From Amphiscolops sp. MND2022 (lineage: Eukaryota): a stretch of DNA of 64,000 nucleotides. A program made the position numbers and the translations under genes. Position 1 is the first letter of the stretch, and each line of letters starts with the position of its first letter. Location of the stretch: the NCBI GenBank assembly GCA_964187785.1, contig OZ076409.1:84570001-84634000 (forward strand), written 5' to 3'. The notes beneath the pieces were generated by a model. It saw nothing but the letters and a program-made list of their open reading frames with translations. It made no database searches and was not told the origin of the DNA. Positions 52,715-64,000 of this stretch are shown here, piece after piece.

Positions 52715-54152
52715 CTGAAACACAAGAGAAATCAAGAAATTCAGAAAACAAGAAATAGTCAAAGACGACAGTCGACTGTTTAAAATAGTGGGAGCCTGAT
52801 CAACTCTCACTTTAAACAAACAGAACTAGTTCGAAAAAGTATTCACGACTTGAAACAGGAAATCCGGATTTAATCCTGTGGATAGTTGGTGAAAACTGAA
52901 ATTCGTTCAGCAATCGGGACAGGACACTCAAAAGGCCCTATGATGATTGTTTGAAATAAAATCTTTGAACCTACGCACCATTTAATTAAATTGGGCGAAA
53001 GAAATTCAGAAATACAAACCTTGTGTTGGCAGTTCGTTAGTCTGTTCTCCAGTCTCGTTGCATTCCATGACGGGAAAACGTCCACAATGAAAATTGATAC
53101 GGAATCCAAAGTATAAAACTGGTGGAAGAAAATAATCGAAATGAAAATCGGGTTAATGAGACAGTAACTATGACGAGTAGAAGTAAATGGGGAACACTGG
53201 TGAGAAAAGTCTTGAAGAAACAATAAAATGGATATCTAAATGAAGATAATGGAAGAAAGAGACAATTAACAATGGGCTGTTTGGAAATTCTATATGACAA
53301 ATACTGTTTGACGGAAATTACTATCGACCAAAACTTTGAAACAAAGAAGCAGTAGAGCGTAAGTATTACAGCAAGAGAGAAGGCGTGGCTATAAACACAA
53401 AGGCAATAAAGCAAATGAATGACGTCAGTTTCACAATGTACACGATTCAGCTTAAATCTGATTGGCCGAGAGAGTGCATGTGGCTTGGAAATATCTGCCA
53501 GTATGACCAAGTTAAATAATGCATTCGCTGCTAACTTGAATATGCGGAAAAGAACGATGAACAGCATAGTGCAGTATTAGAGTTAATAGGTAGAATTATG
53601 ATGCATTATGATGAATTCAGTGTGCGGCATATGATGCAAATGATTACTTGCTTTTATATCATCTGTCATATGTTAGAAATACGAACCAAGTTGTTACGTC
53701 AGAAGAAATGAATAATGCAATGAAGGTGTGAAAACTTTCACTTTGATAAACCTGAATGAACCTATGATATATTTATTTATGAGCAATTAAAATTATTCAG
53801 ACGGAACAAGAAGACGATAACCGAAACATAAAAGAAATTGAAAAGAAAATTTCAGGATCTGATGATTGTTTATATGATATTAACAATTTTACCGGTGCTA
53901 TTCCCCCCATATCTCACGATAAATTACCTGAAAACCCGGGAAATGGGTAATTCGAGATATGTTTTGGTGCTATTTGTAAGAAAACCCCCATAACCCAGCA
54001 AAAACTATAAAACCTTATCATTCTGATCAAAAATTTCCAAAAATTAGTCGCTTATTTTCTTCTCTCTTCGATAAATTCCTTGAGAATCTAACGATCATAT
54101 CGTGTTTAACCTTTGAAACTTAACTGGGATCAAATAAATTCAAAGTCAGACA

Positions 54153-55100
54153 ATGGAAAGTACACCACAGATCTCGATCCCTACGAGAATTCTTTCAACG
54201 AGCCCTACAATGGAACTGATCAATATCTCGAGTAGTTCGGGAGAGGAATTTATGGTGGAACCCCTCTCAGTGAACGATCTTGATGAAAGATTTAGATCTG
54301 TCCCATACCCTCTGACAGACATGTCCACAGCTTTTATGGGGACAGCAAATGCAGTATTGTTCCCTAACAGTGTCAGTCCACAAGGAAGTGTTGGCCAACA
54401 AATCGATACCAGGGGCTCCCAGATTGAGAACGAGCTAATGGACCTCATGGATGATATATCTAATATATCCTCCCTGACCTTTATCGGTTCATCATCAGAA
54501 GAAGATGATCCGTTCTTTGGTGCCAATTTCGCTAATGTGGAGCAGAATGGAAGGAACAGCTATGGCCGCCCAGTCCAAAGGGTAAAACCTATGGTCAGAG
54601 CCCCACAAGTGACAAGGGAGACAGTAAATCCCCCTCTTGTGCCAAGCAGCAGGAGCGCCTTCTCAGCAGTAATACCCGAACAACGAAGGGCTCCAGAAAT
54701 ACAAACGTACACATCTATGCAAGCAAATTACTTGCCTATGCCCGTTCCATTTTACCCAAATAATTGGAACAATATTACACATCCTCAATAACACTTCAAT
54801 GGTCAAGCTCAGTTTCAGTCTCAGGGACCACCTAACGGAGCCATATTGCAAATGAATCCTCCAGTGATGCCTGAAGTGGCAGGCTTTTGTGCAGGCTGTT
54901 CCAAAACTTATGACCAAATCGCCGTCGAGACGCTCACTCATTATGTTGCGTGGTCCGAATATCCTGACGAAACAATTCGCGACCGCAATGTGAGATCAAG
55001 AGCATTTGTTGATGGGTTTGGAGCAGCGCTGATCTGCTTCAAAAATGCTGGACTGTCGCCGGCTTACCCGTGCGAGATGTCCGGAGTGCAACATCGATGA
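54153..55100 (+). CDS. Sense accessory ORF of element A (about 315 codons, one internal TAA at 54789-54791), ending 47 nt inside the 3' LTR
   Basis: ORFs 54153-54791 and 54846-55100 are in one frame separated by a single stop; TATAAAA at 54006; low-complexity N-part and a CxxC (FCAGC) C-terminal part. Confidence 0.7.
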
Positions 55101-56899
55101 AGCAGTCAACGCTGCTTACCCATCATAATGGTTGTCTACCCGAATATGGACCAGAACTTGATAAACATTTCAAACTCTAAACTTAAACAATGCTTGTTAT
55201 TGTTCGTTTGATAAAATGTTGCTTTCGTTTGTACATTTCATCTAAAATGATGATTGTTGAACGTCGTTATTGTTGCTTTTGTTTCACTCATAGGGTGTGT
55301 TGATCAATTGAAAAAAACAACAGGAAAGGTAACGTCAAAGTTATCAAAACAGTGCTAAATCTTTGTTTTATCATCTTAAATGGTAAAAAGGAATTAGATC
55401 CAATGGTCCTATATATCTTTGCTACATTTAATTATTTGTAGTTCAATCATGAGGAAAACAATCAAAAACGGCACGATGATCCACTTGAAAATCAGCATGA
55501 TACTTTAGTACGTTTATTTGATACTGATTATGCAGCATTATGCAGTTTTCATAAAACAGCATATGCGGTTTTGTTAAAGAAACAGCATAATAATCATGTA
55601 CGCAGTGTAGTTTATGCTTTGTATTGCATTATGCGGAAATTCAGTAGAAACAGCATGATGACTTGAGCTAAAAACAGCATATGCGGAAATTCAGTAGAAA
55701 CAGCATGATGACTTGAGCTGAAAACAGCATATGCGGAAATCTAGCAGAAACAGCATGATGGTTCAGATTGGAAACAGCATATGCGGAAACCCTGTGGAAA
55801 CAGTATGACGTTTCAATATAGGAGCAGCATATGCGGAAATTTGACAGAAACAGTATGACGTTTTAACTTAAAAACAGCATGAAGATTCTTATTTCAGCTG
55901 ATAAAATTATACTGAATTATGAGGTTTTCATGAGACAGCATATACTGTATTATGATGTAAAACAGCATGATTTGAAGGACCTTCAGTGCTATGATGTTGT
56001 AAGTCACAGTGCTATATTTAGACCTTCCAGGAGTCTGACGCAATATTATATTTTTAACATTTGACCCTAGAAACATGACGTTATGATGATTTGCATAAAA
56101 TTGAATGTCATGTAACTAAAAATACCACCCAATAAGATTATTCAAAAGGGACCTACAAAATCAGTTTACCCCACAACTCATTCAACTGAAATCCACGCAA
56201 AACACAGTCACACAAATTTGCTGAACCCTTTCATCACACTCAAACTTTGCAGTTTCTTTCTCCGTTAAGATAACTACAAGTTTCATTTCAACAATATCTT
56301 TGTAATTCAAAGATTTCTTTCGACCAAAACTATTTTCAACATGGGAAATAGAAGAAACAGGCGAACTAGGAGGGCTACATCTCAGTCCTCAGACAGGGAA
56401 GAAAACGCATCAGAAACAAGCTTTGTTCAAGGTAATGCGACTTTAATTAATGTTTCTGGGAATGCTAACGAAGTTTTTGACAGGAACTTAGGTAGTGAAC
56501 TAACAGAACCGTCTCAAGTAAGCAATGAGATAGAAGTTATTTCGCAAAGACTAACAGAACAAAACAACGACAAGATGTCGCAGATTGAAGAACAACTAAA
56601 CAACAAATTTGAAGAGATACTTAAGGAGATTAGAACAAACAAAAACTACATTGTAATAACTGATGAAGAGGATGCCGAGAATAATCAGCCCGGTCCTTCT
56701 AACTCTAAAAATAAGGGTCTCAGAAACAAACACGCATCAAATACAACACTAGACAAAAATAAGAATCAGGATGATCAGTTCTGTCCATCTGAAATGGGTG
56801 AATTAAGACAACCATATACTCCCCTTGGGATTACTGAAGACATTTTAGACGAAACCGTTATCATAAATGAAAACAGACAGGAAAGAGCCGATCATCACA
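55054..56899 (+). repeat. 3' LTR of element A (1846 bp)
   Basis: Direct repeat of 40067-41898, followed by TSD GGGTT. Confidence 0.97.
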
Positions 56900-56955
56900 G
56901 GGTTCTTTGTAAAAAAAACAGAGACGACAAAATAAAAAAGTTACATAGTGCCTAG
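56341..56955 (+). CDS. gag: Intact LTR-encoded gag N-terminus (186 codons) reading 18 codons into flank
   Basis: Copy of 41341-41898 without the frameshift; 559 nt inside the LTR. Confidence 0.75.
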   Translation: MGNRRNRRTRRATSQSSDREENASETSFVQGNATLINVSGNANEVFDRNLGSELTEPSQVSNEIEVISQRLTEQNNDKMSQIEEQLNNKFEEILKEIRTNKNYIVITDEEDAENNQPGPSNSKNKGLRNKHASNTTLDKNKNQDDQFCPSEMGELRQPYTPLGITEDILDETVIINENRQERADHHRVLCKKNRDDKIKKLHSA

Positions 56956-57599
56956 AAACGCAACAGAAACATTTTAGACTTGAAAAACGCATTTTCGGAG
57001 CAAAAAATCACAAAACCAAAAAGAAGACCCCTAGTGAATTGAGAAGTAATCAAGACAGTCGCACAGATTCTGAAGAAACCCAAAACAGGGGACCCTTTGA
57101 ACCCGTCTACCTTTGCAAAGAAAATAAAAATTGTTGCTAGCGAGATTCAAACGAACGTACACCTGCTTCTCAGTCACAGCCACCGCACACAGACACCGGT
57201 ACCAACCACTAGACCAGGTCGAAAATAATTTTCTCCGATTTAGAGAATTTCAAGCAGAAATTGTTGGAAAACAAATAAAGAACTGTGCCAAAACTAAAAT
57301 CTTCCTTTTTGCATGAGAATGAAGCCTCAAAATAAACATTTTTCATGTTAGAAATTTAAAAAAGGACCTTGAATAGAATGATTTCCAAGCTTCGAAACTT
57401 GGAAAACTCAAGAACGAACAAAAAACATTCAGCCTTAAGAATTCAAGCCTTGATGTCCTAGCAGCACACCTTTTCAGCAACTACGCCATTGGGTTACTAA
57501 CCTTCAGCGTGGCAAGGTTCGAACTGTTTTTTTTCGCCTTTAAACTTCGTGATCCAACCACTGGGTAAAGTTGCTTTCTTTAATTTACGTTCTTTTTAG

Positions 57600-58193
57600 T
57601 CGGTGGTTTCGAAGACGGGGTTCTTTTCGTCAGTTCAACGCGATCGGTCCACTTTTTCTGCATTATGAACTTTTACCATAAGTACATAATACTTCATTTT
57701 GAACGCATCCGAAGCCTCTAACATGAAATGCAAAACCCTTCCAATGCAGAATGGTCACCTTTTCCACTATTTCGACACCATGAGACTTCTCTTTTCCTGC
57801 TTTATGAGACTTTTTCGAAAACTTTTCAATGTCGAACGGTCCCCTTGATTTTTTTGATACTTTGCAACAAAATGGATGGTAAAAACCCCCCAAAGGTTCC
57901 CCCCTAAAGTTTTTAGCACAATGCGACTTACCCGAGACAGGGTTTGAAAAAAAATCTAAAATTTGTGTCTCAATGTTTCGTTTTTTGAAAGGTTTTCGGT
58001 TGAGCAAAATGGCTTTTTGCTGTATCCATTTGGGAAAAAAGTGATTTTCGAGTTGCATGCATATCCCTTCGAGTCTTTTTCGGCCTTGTACAATTGAAAA
58101 AAGTTTAACAATAGTGTCCTTTTGCATATTTATAAAACATTAAACTTTTTAACCTTAGCGGGGCGCCGACTCGTGGGTCGTTCCCGGCTTGTT
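57600..58193 (+). mobile_element. Dispersed repeat family copy
   Basis: Similar to 24370-25086 and 35560-36581; terminus GCGGGGCGCCGACTCGTGGGTCGTTCCCGGCTTGTT. Confidence 0.6.
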
Positions 58194-58756
58194 TACTATT
58201 TTCCGCATCACAATTGTTTGTGTAGGGGAAGAAAATTGCAATGTGTGTTGCGTTTCTTTGTTTACCAATTGTGCCAAATCTCCACGATCTCTATGGACTT
58301 CAGTTAGTTACTAACTTAGTTACTTTGGTTCAGTTGATAGCGCATCCATATATCAGGCACCAGATAGTGAGTTCGAATCTCGCCTCCACCGGACTTTTTT
58401 CAGGAGGCGGGAAAAATCCTGGTGCTTAACGGGCGCCTTGTTCATATCGTAGAACGTGGTACAAAAATTTTGCCTAATTTTGTCTGTTTGCGAAAAATGC
58501 CAAAAGACCTGCGAAATGTCAGGAAACATTCATGGAGTGCCGAAAAAATGTTGTAGTTATTTTTTTTCGACATTGTATTCTTGAGATTGACGTTTCTAAT
58601 GTTCACTGTCATTTCTAGATGTTCACTGTCTAAAAAACAAACAGCAACAGTTTATGAACTGTGGTGGCAATAGAATCTGCAAAACCAAAAACCACCACTG
58701 CAGCTAGATATTTCAAATTTTGATCGAGTATGTAATGGGGAAAGTGCTAGACAAGG

Positions 58757-61700
58757 TGTAGTAATCTACTTATCGGGTTCTAGGAAAAGTTCGCTTGAAA
58801 AATTGTATTGTTTCGTACAACACGGTACGTAGTATGAATGAGTGTACACGAGTATAAAAGCAAATACAATTTTAACTAATATGATAGCAGGTATTTTACT
58901 GCCTTTTATACGTTTGACCCTTACGGTTTAATAGTGAACTTAATATCGTGACATAATGACATCTGTCACATTCCACTTCTCCTCAAAAAGGGGAAAAGTA
59001 ACATTAACAAGACGCCCGCTAAGCACCGGGATATTTTCCTCAATTTTCGCCTTCATCACTTGAGCCATAGCTATTTTGGGAGGGGAATGGGACCTAAATA
59101 ATAAGATCAAAACTTTAGTGATTTTAGATCTTATTCCCTTTAGATCTTATTCCCGTCCTGAAATTTTAGATCTTATTTCCTTTAGATCTTAATCCCATTT
59201 TACTTTAGATATTTTTCCCATCTCAGAATGAGGATGTAGGCTGAGCAGGGAGACTGAGTAAGTGGAATGGAGTTGTACAAAGTGGAGTTTTGGCAGAATT
59301 TGGAAAAAAAACGCAACACAGATGATGATTTTCCTCCCCATTGAAAATGTGGGTCGGAAAATAACAAACTATATTTCTGATCTACATAAAAACTGAATTA
59401 GTTTATCGTTTACTATAATATCACTAGAAACATGAATGTTTACTGTTTTAAAAGTATAGCTCTGGACGGTAATGCTGTGTACTCCCAGCTCTTCTCTACG
59501 TTCTTCTGCATCCACTCTCGCGACTGGTCAATCAAATCCTCCTACTTGTTCACCGTATTTTGCGTTCCAATTAGTGCGCTATTGGATTGCCACAGCGTAT
59601 TATCGGATTGGTGGATTTTATTCTTTGAAAATTTAGTGTTTTTATTTCGTTTGGGTTTTTGTTTGTGATTATGTTTATATCCTCTAGTTGTTCAATTTTT
59701 ACTGAATTGTTATCACCGTTTCGGTCTACCACCGTGATCACCCCTGGATTCTTCCGCGTCTCGTCTAGCTCCTTCCCGTTGTTCTTCTGACATATTCTCT
59801 GTGGGTACGGGCAATCTGAAGCTCAATTGCAGCGATGTTTCCAGTACGCTTTCCTCGAGGATCGGGTGCTACCTCTTTCTAGTTGGTCACTTTCTTCCTC
59901 TACTTCCACTTGCTCAAGTGTCATCTGCATGAACCGACCGTCCGGTCCTCTCTGGTTCTCTTCTCGACTGTATAAATTGCACTGAAATACACTCGTTAAA
60001 GGTTCACATGCTCGTTTTCGGTGTTTATTGGACGTGAATCACATTTCCTTTTTGATTACGTCTTACGCCGGCTGCGCTTAGATTTTTCTTGAAGTTCATG
60101 ACTGGTACATCTAGGGAGTCGTTTGAAGTGATTGACATTGTTTCTTCGCGTGTGGTTCCGTCTCAATAGTTGTTGTTTGTCTGCTTGTCCCTTGTAGGCT
60201 CTCGCTGTTTGGCACCAGAGTGTTTATTGTTTTCTCTATAACCCTGAAGAGCTCCTCTAATCTGTTTCTTTCTGGTGTTTCCAGGTTGTCTTTTCTCAAG
60301 AGTCTGTTTTTCCTTCGGTCTATTTCCATTTCGATCTTTCTTTTTTTCGGTTCGATGATCTTTTGGGGGGTTGTATTTTCTCTCAATTTCATTGTTCATA
60401 CTGTAATCTCTTGATTTCACAAGCTCTTCTCGCTCCAGTTGCTCTCTTTTATTGATATCTACTTCGATTCTGCTTGCTAGTTTTTTATTGTTGTTCACGT
60501 GTTAAACTGTGTTGCGAGTTAGTATTGAAGACCTGCGATTGTTCAATTTGTTTGCTTTTTGCTTTGGTTACATTTGATGGGTGTTTTGTGACTGGCTGGT
60601 TTTTTGTTCTCACATTTTTGAGTGGTCTGTTCATAATTCATTGACTCCGTCATTTTTTACCTATTCATGCTGCCGTGATTATTGGTGAACTCAATTGGCG
60701 GTAATACTCAATTGATTACGTATTCTTCACCGTAACATTCTGTTGCTTCAGTTTTTAATACGGAGTTTTTACTCAAATAATGTTAGTGCTAGTGTTTACC
60801 CGTGATATTTACTTTTTTTGTCAAAATGTGCTAATCTGTCAACCGAGCTTATTATTCTTGCACTTTACGTTTTGTTGAATCTTTTCTTCCTTATCAATAG
60901 AACTAATGCTTGATGATCTGTAATTAATTCAACCGGTCTTCCGTATATATGTTGTCATAGATGTTCCAGACCTCATACCACTGCTAGTATTTCCAGTTCT
61001 TTCATTGCATACCTCTCAATATCCGACAAAAATCTACCTGCGAAACTGACCGGTATCACATTACCGTCCTTTTGGCGTTGCCACAGTGATGCTTCCAAGC
61101 GTTTCGTACTGGCATCTGTTGTTATTTTAATCTCGTTCTTTGCGTTTTAGTGTGCCAGACAGTGGATGTTATTAATGCATTTTTCTAAACTGTTGAACGG
61201 GTTCGAGGCTTCTTTTGTCCATTTCCATTCGTGTTGTTGCTTCAACAGTTTTTTCAAAGTATCAGTGGTGGCTGATATCTTTTTTAAAGTATTTTGAGGG
61301 ATATTGCACTACCCCCAAAAGGACTTCAGGTCTTTTTTGTATTTCGGTGTAATTCTTTCCGTTATTGCTTCCAGTTTGTCGCGTAATGAGCGTATTCCTT
61401 GTTGGTCAGTTTTGGATCCAATTCTTTCAATATTTTGAATAATTCGCGATTTGCGTCTAATCTCTACCCTAGGTTTTCTAGTTTTTTATTCATTTCACGG
61501 ACTTCCTCTTCGTGTTTTTTTTCATGTCTCTTGTTGTTTCTATTATAAGATCCTCGAGTCATGCCGGATGCTTTTGTTTCAGAGTTTTATCACTCCCATC
61601 TTGAAAAAATGTTGAGATATTTGCCAGTCCGGAGAATCTTTTCAGGAAACTGTAGTGTCCTGTGAATTCCCCTGCTCTAACGGTTATTTTGCAAAGGCTT

Positions 61701-63744
61701 CTTGTTTTCTCGTCTGATTGTATCTTTCTGTATGCATTGTCTAAGTCAACTTTTTGTTGCCAAAATTTCTCTGTCGTCACCTTCAGATAATTTACTTGAT
61801 ATTTTTGAGTTTAGTTCTACCATTTTCGGCATTTGTGCTTTTCTTTGTACTGTTTTTTGTTGAGTTTTAGTGAACCTAGCGCAATTGTGATTGATTTATC
61901 TTTCTTCACTGTTTTTACCGCTGGGGTCACAAAACAATCTTCGGTTATTTCTGTTGCCCTTTCCAGGTGTCCATTTTCTATCAGTCGTTTTAGTTCTTTT
62001 TTTCTTTTGATACTTGTTCTTGTAATTGTATTGGCATTGGTCGTCCTTTTTGCTGTATAACTTGTTCCCTTACTTTCAGGTTTGTTTTGACTGATATGTC
62101 TTTGATCTCTCTATTTTTGTAGAAAAGATCTTCGAATCCGTTTTTCGATTGGAATACTTTTTTCCGTTTGGTCCAATTGAATTTTGTGTATTTGTATTCC
62201 ACTGTTGTCGGTGTTAATGTTTATTACTAGCTGTTGGATCCAATCTAGTCCCATTAACGGTGATTTTGTTGCATTGGTTGTTAACAGTGGTAATTGTATT
62301 GACTCTTTATTTGTTTTTACTGTTGCTTTCGTCTGACCTGTGAATTGAACCCTTTGATTTTAACATCTCAATAATTGGTGTTTATTGGTTCCGCTTCAGT
62401 TAAATCTTTGAACAAACATTTTTGGGATTAGTGTAACTGGCGATCCTCTGTCTATATTGAATTTGATTGGTATCTAATTAACCATGGTTGATTGTGTTGT
62501 ATTTTATCTTTCGTTTGTTGCCGGTTATGCTTCTATTTTTGTTGTTGTCCCAGTTGTCTGCTTCTTTTGATTAGGTCTTCCTTTCAAGGTGTTGTACTTT
62601 CTCCAGTGATCTACACATTTTTCGTAGTGACTTCATCTTATGCAGTGTCTCCATTCTGCGGATTGGTTTCGCGGGACTGTTGTGTTGTCTTGATCAGCTT
62701 GGAGCGCCGCGGTGTTCGCATCGGTTGTCTTTATATTCTGTTCTGTGACTGTCCGGTTTCTTTCTTGACCTTTCTCAAGTGAATTGTTCTGATCACTTTC
62801 GTTTGCACTGTCTTTCTTGTCCATGTTTTATTCCTCTGCCCTTAAGTTTAAATTTTTGATCCATTCGATCGGTCGTACATGTCTTCGTGGATTAGCTCCG
62901 TATTTGTTTCAATTTTCATGTTCTTCTTCCGTCTTTTTTCCTTTCATTGGTAGTCGCCTGTCGATATTCCGATTAATAATAAGCTACCAGCTCTGCTGGA
63001 GTAACATTTTCTAATTTGCAGTTCTTTTCTACTTGTAGACTTCTTGTCCATACGTCTTCGGTTGTTTCATTGATCTACGTGTGATTACGAAAATGGCCCG
63101 ACTGTGGAACTTATTTCGTTCCGGGATAAATGTAGCCGGAACATGGAGTAGAGTTGATTGATGTCCTTTGTGTTAAGGTCGTTATCTCTATCGACCCTGG
63201 CCATCTCCATTTTTGCTGTTTCCCTCAGTGCTCTTGTGAATAGATCTTTGGTTCGATGTTCTATATCGTCTCGATATTGTAATTTCTTCCTGTCAGTTGT
63301 CATTTCGTTCAAGTCGATGTTTTGTGCCATCTTAATATATTGTGTAAATCTGCGCAACCATTGTTTGGCTTCTTGTATACCCCTTTTGTTGAACGTCGGA
63401 AGATTAACTTTCTGAAGCGTTTTTTCTTTTTTTTTTGTATTCCCACGTCACGATGTTTCTCCATTTGAGGAGCTTGTACTTCCTGATGTTTGGCTATTCC
63501 CTATTTTTAATGCTGATTGCGCCATGTTTTACTCTACTGGTGAGCTAATACGAAGGGTTCGCTTGCAGTGTTGTATTCTACCGTGTAACATTGAAAGCAG
63601 TATGAATGAGTTTCACGAGTATACAAGCATATACAATTTTAAGAAAAATGGCAGCAGGTTCTCACTGCCTTTTTTTACATTTGACCCTTACGGTCTAATA
63701 CTGAACTCATTATCGTGACATCATGATATCTGTCACATTCCACA
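58757..63744 (-). mobile_element. Element E: old decayed Gypsy element with short (about 220 bp) LTRs
   Basis: Diverged LTRs 58757-58977 and 63525-63744, TSD CAAGG (58752-58756, 63745-63749), PBS TGGCGC from 63524 on minus, purine tract GAGGAGA next to the 3' LTR. Remnants IDRGSPVTLIP (protease), QQKGRPMP and KVDLDNAY (RT). Confidence 0.85.
59120..59215. repeat. Short TTTAGATCTTATTCCC tandem repeats in the 3' region of element E
   Basis: About five imperfect copies. Confidence 0.75.
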
Positions 63745-64000
63745 CAAGGACCCTTCATACTTTTTATTGCAACACTTATAGTGGCTTTTCGGCACTTTGT
63801 TTGATTTTTAATCCGGTAAAACAAACCACAAACAATCTACCATGCAGCAAATATAAAGAGGGCTAAGGTAATTCAAAGGATTTTCTTCTGTTTTTCAGCA
63901 CTTTTGGCAAAACAAAAGTATGTGTGTTTTTGGCAATGTGCGATTTTATATTTTCCCACCAAAGGATCCTTTTGGAGTTGTTTAGACATTTTTGTGAAAA

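Larger units (their letters stand above)
40067..56899 (+). mobile_element. Element A: complete 16.8-kb Gypsy-type LTR retrotransposon with about 7 kb of accessory cargo
   Basis: Near-identical LTRs with TG..CA ends, TSD GGGTT (40062-40066, 56900-56904), PBS directly after the 5' LTR, gag then PR-RT-RH-IN order. Confidence 0.97.

Noticed and set aside
48238..52751. Antisense gene as an independent nested DNA transposon or host gene
   Set aside because: No TIRs or 8-bp TSD seen, and a diverged homologue occupies the same position and orientation in element B.
55054..56899. 1.8-kb duplication as misassembly or segmental duplication
   Set aside because: TG..CA ends, 5-bp TSD and adjacent PBS identify the copies as LTRs.
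58325..58392. Functional tRNA gene
   Set aside because: A and B boxes are present but I could not fold convincing acceptor and anticodon stems.

Overview
AT-rich eukaryotic (probably invertebrate animal) DNA dominated by transposable elements; no host gene can be called with confidence. The main feature is an unusual family of large Gypsy/Metaviridae-type LTR retrotransposons: one complete 16.8-kb copy (element A, 40067-56899, TG..CA LTRs, GGGTT target-site duplication), the 3' half of a diverged relative (element B, 1-8117), and two solo LTRs of similar design (14864-16999, 17794-18871). After gag-pol, A and B each carry a roughly 1000-1100 aa antisense gene split by canonical GT-AG introns. 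Three intron positions and an 82-nt exon are shared between the two elements, and the protein has a BED-like zinc finger and looks hAT-transposase-derived. Each also has a divergently oriented, low-complexity sense ORF. Gag starts about 70-190 codons inside the LTR, in the same phase at all four LTR ends. A, B and solo LTR C each have their own arrayed short motif in non-coding parts, suggesting a self-encoded DNA-binding regulator and its targets (inference). The rest is decayed Gypsy and BEL/Pao elements, a MITE, a dispersed Helentron/SINE-like family and a (CT)n tract. All calls are by eye; no database search was run.
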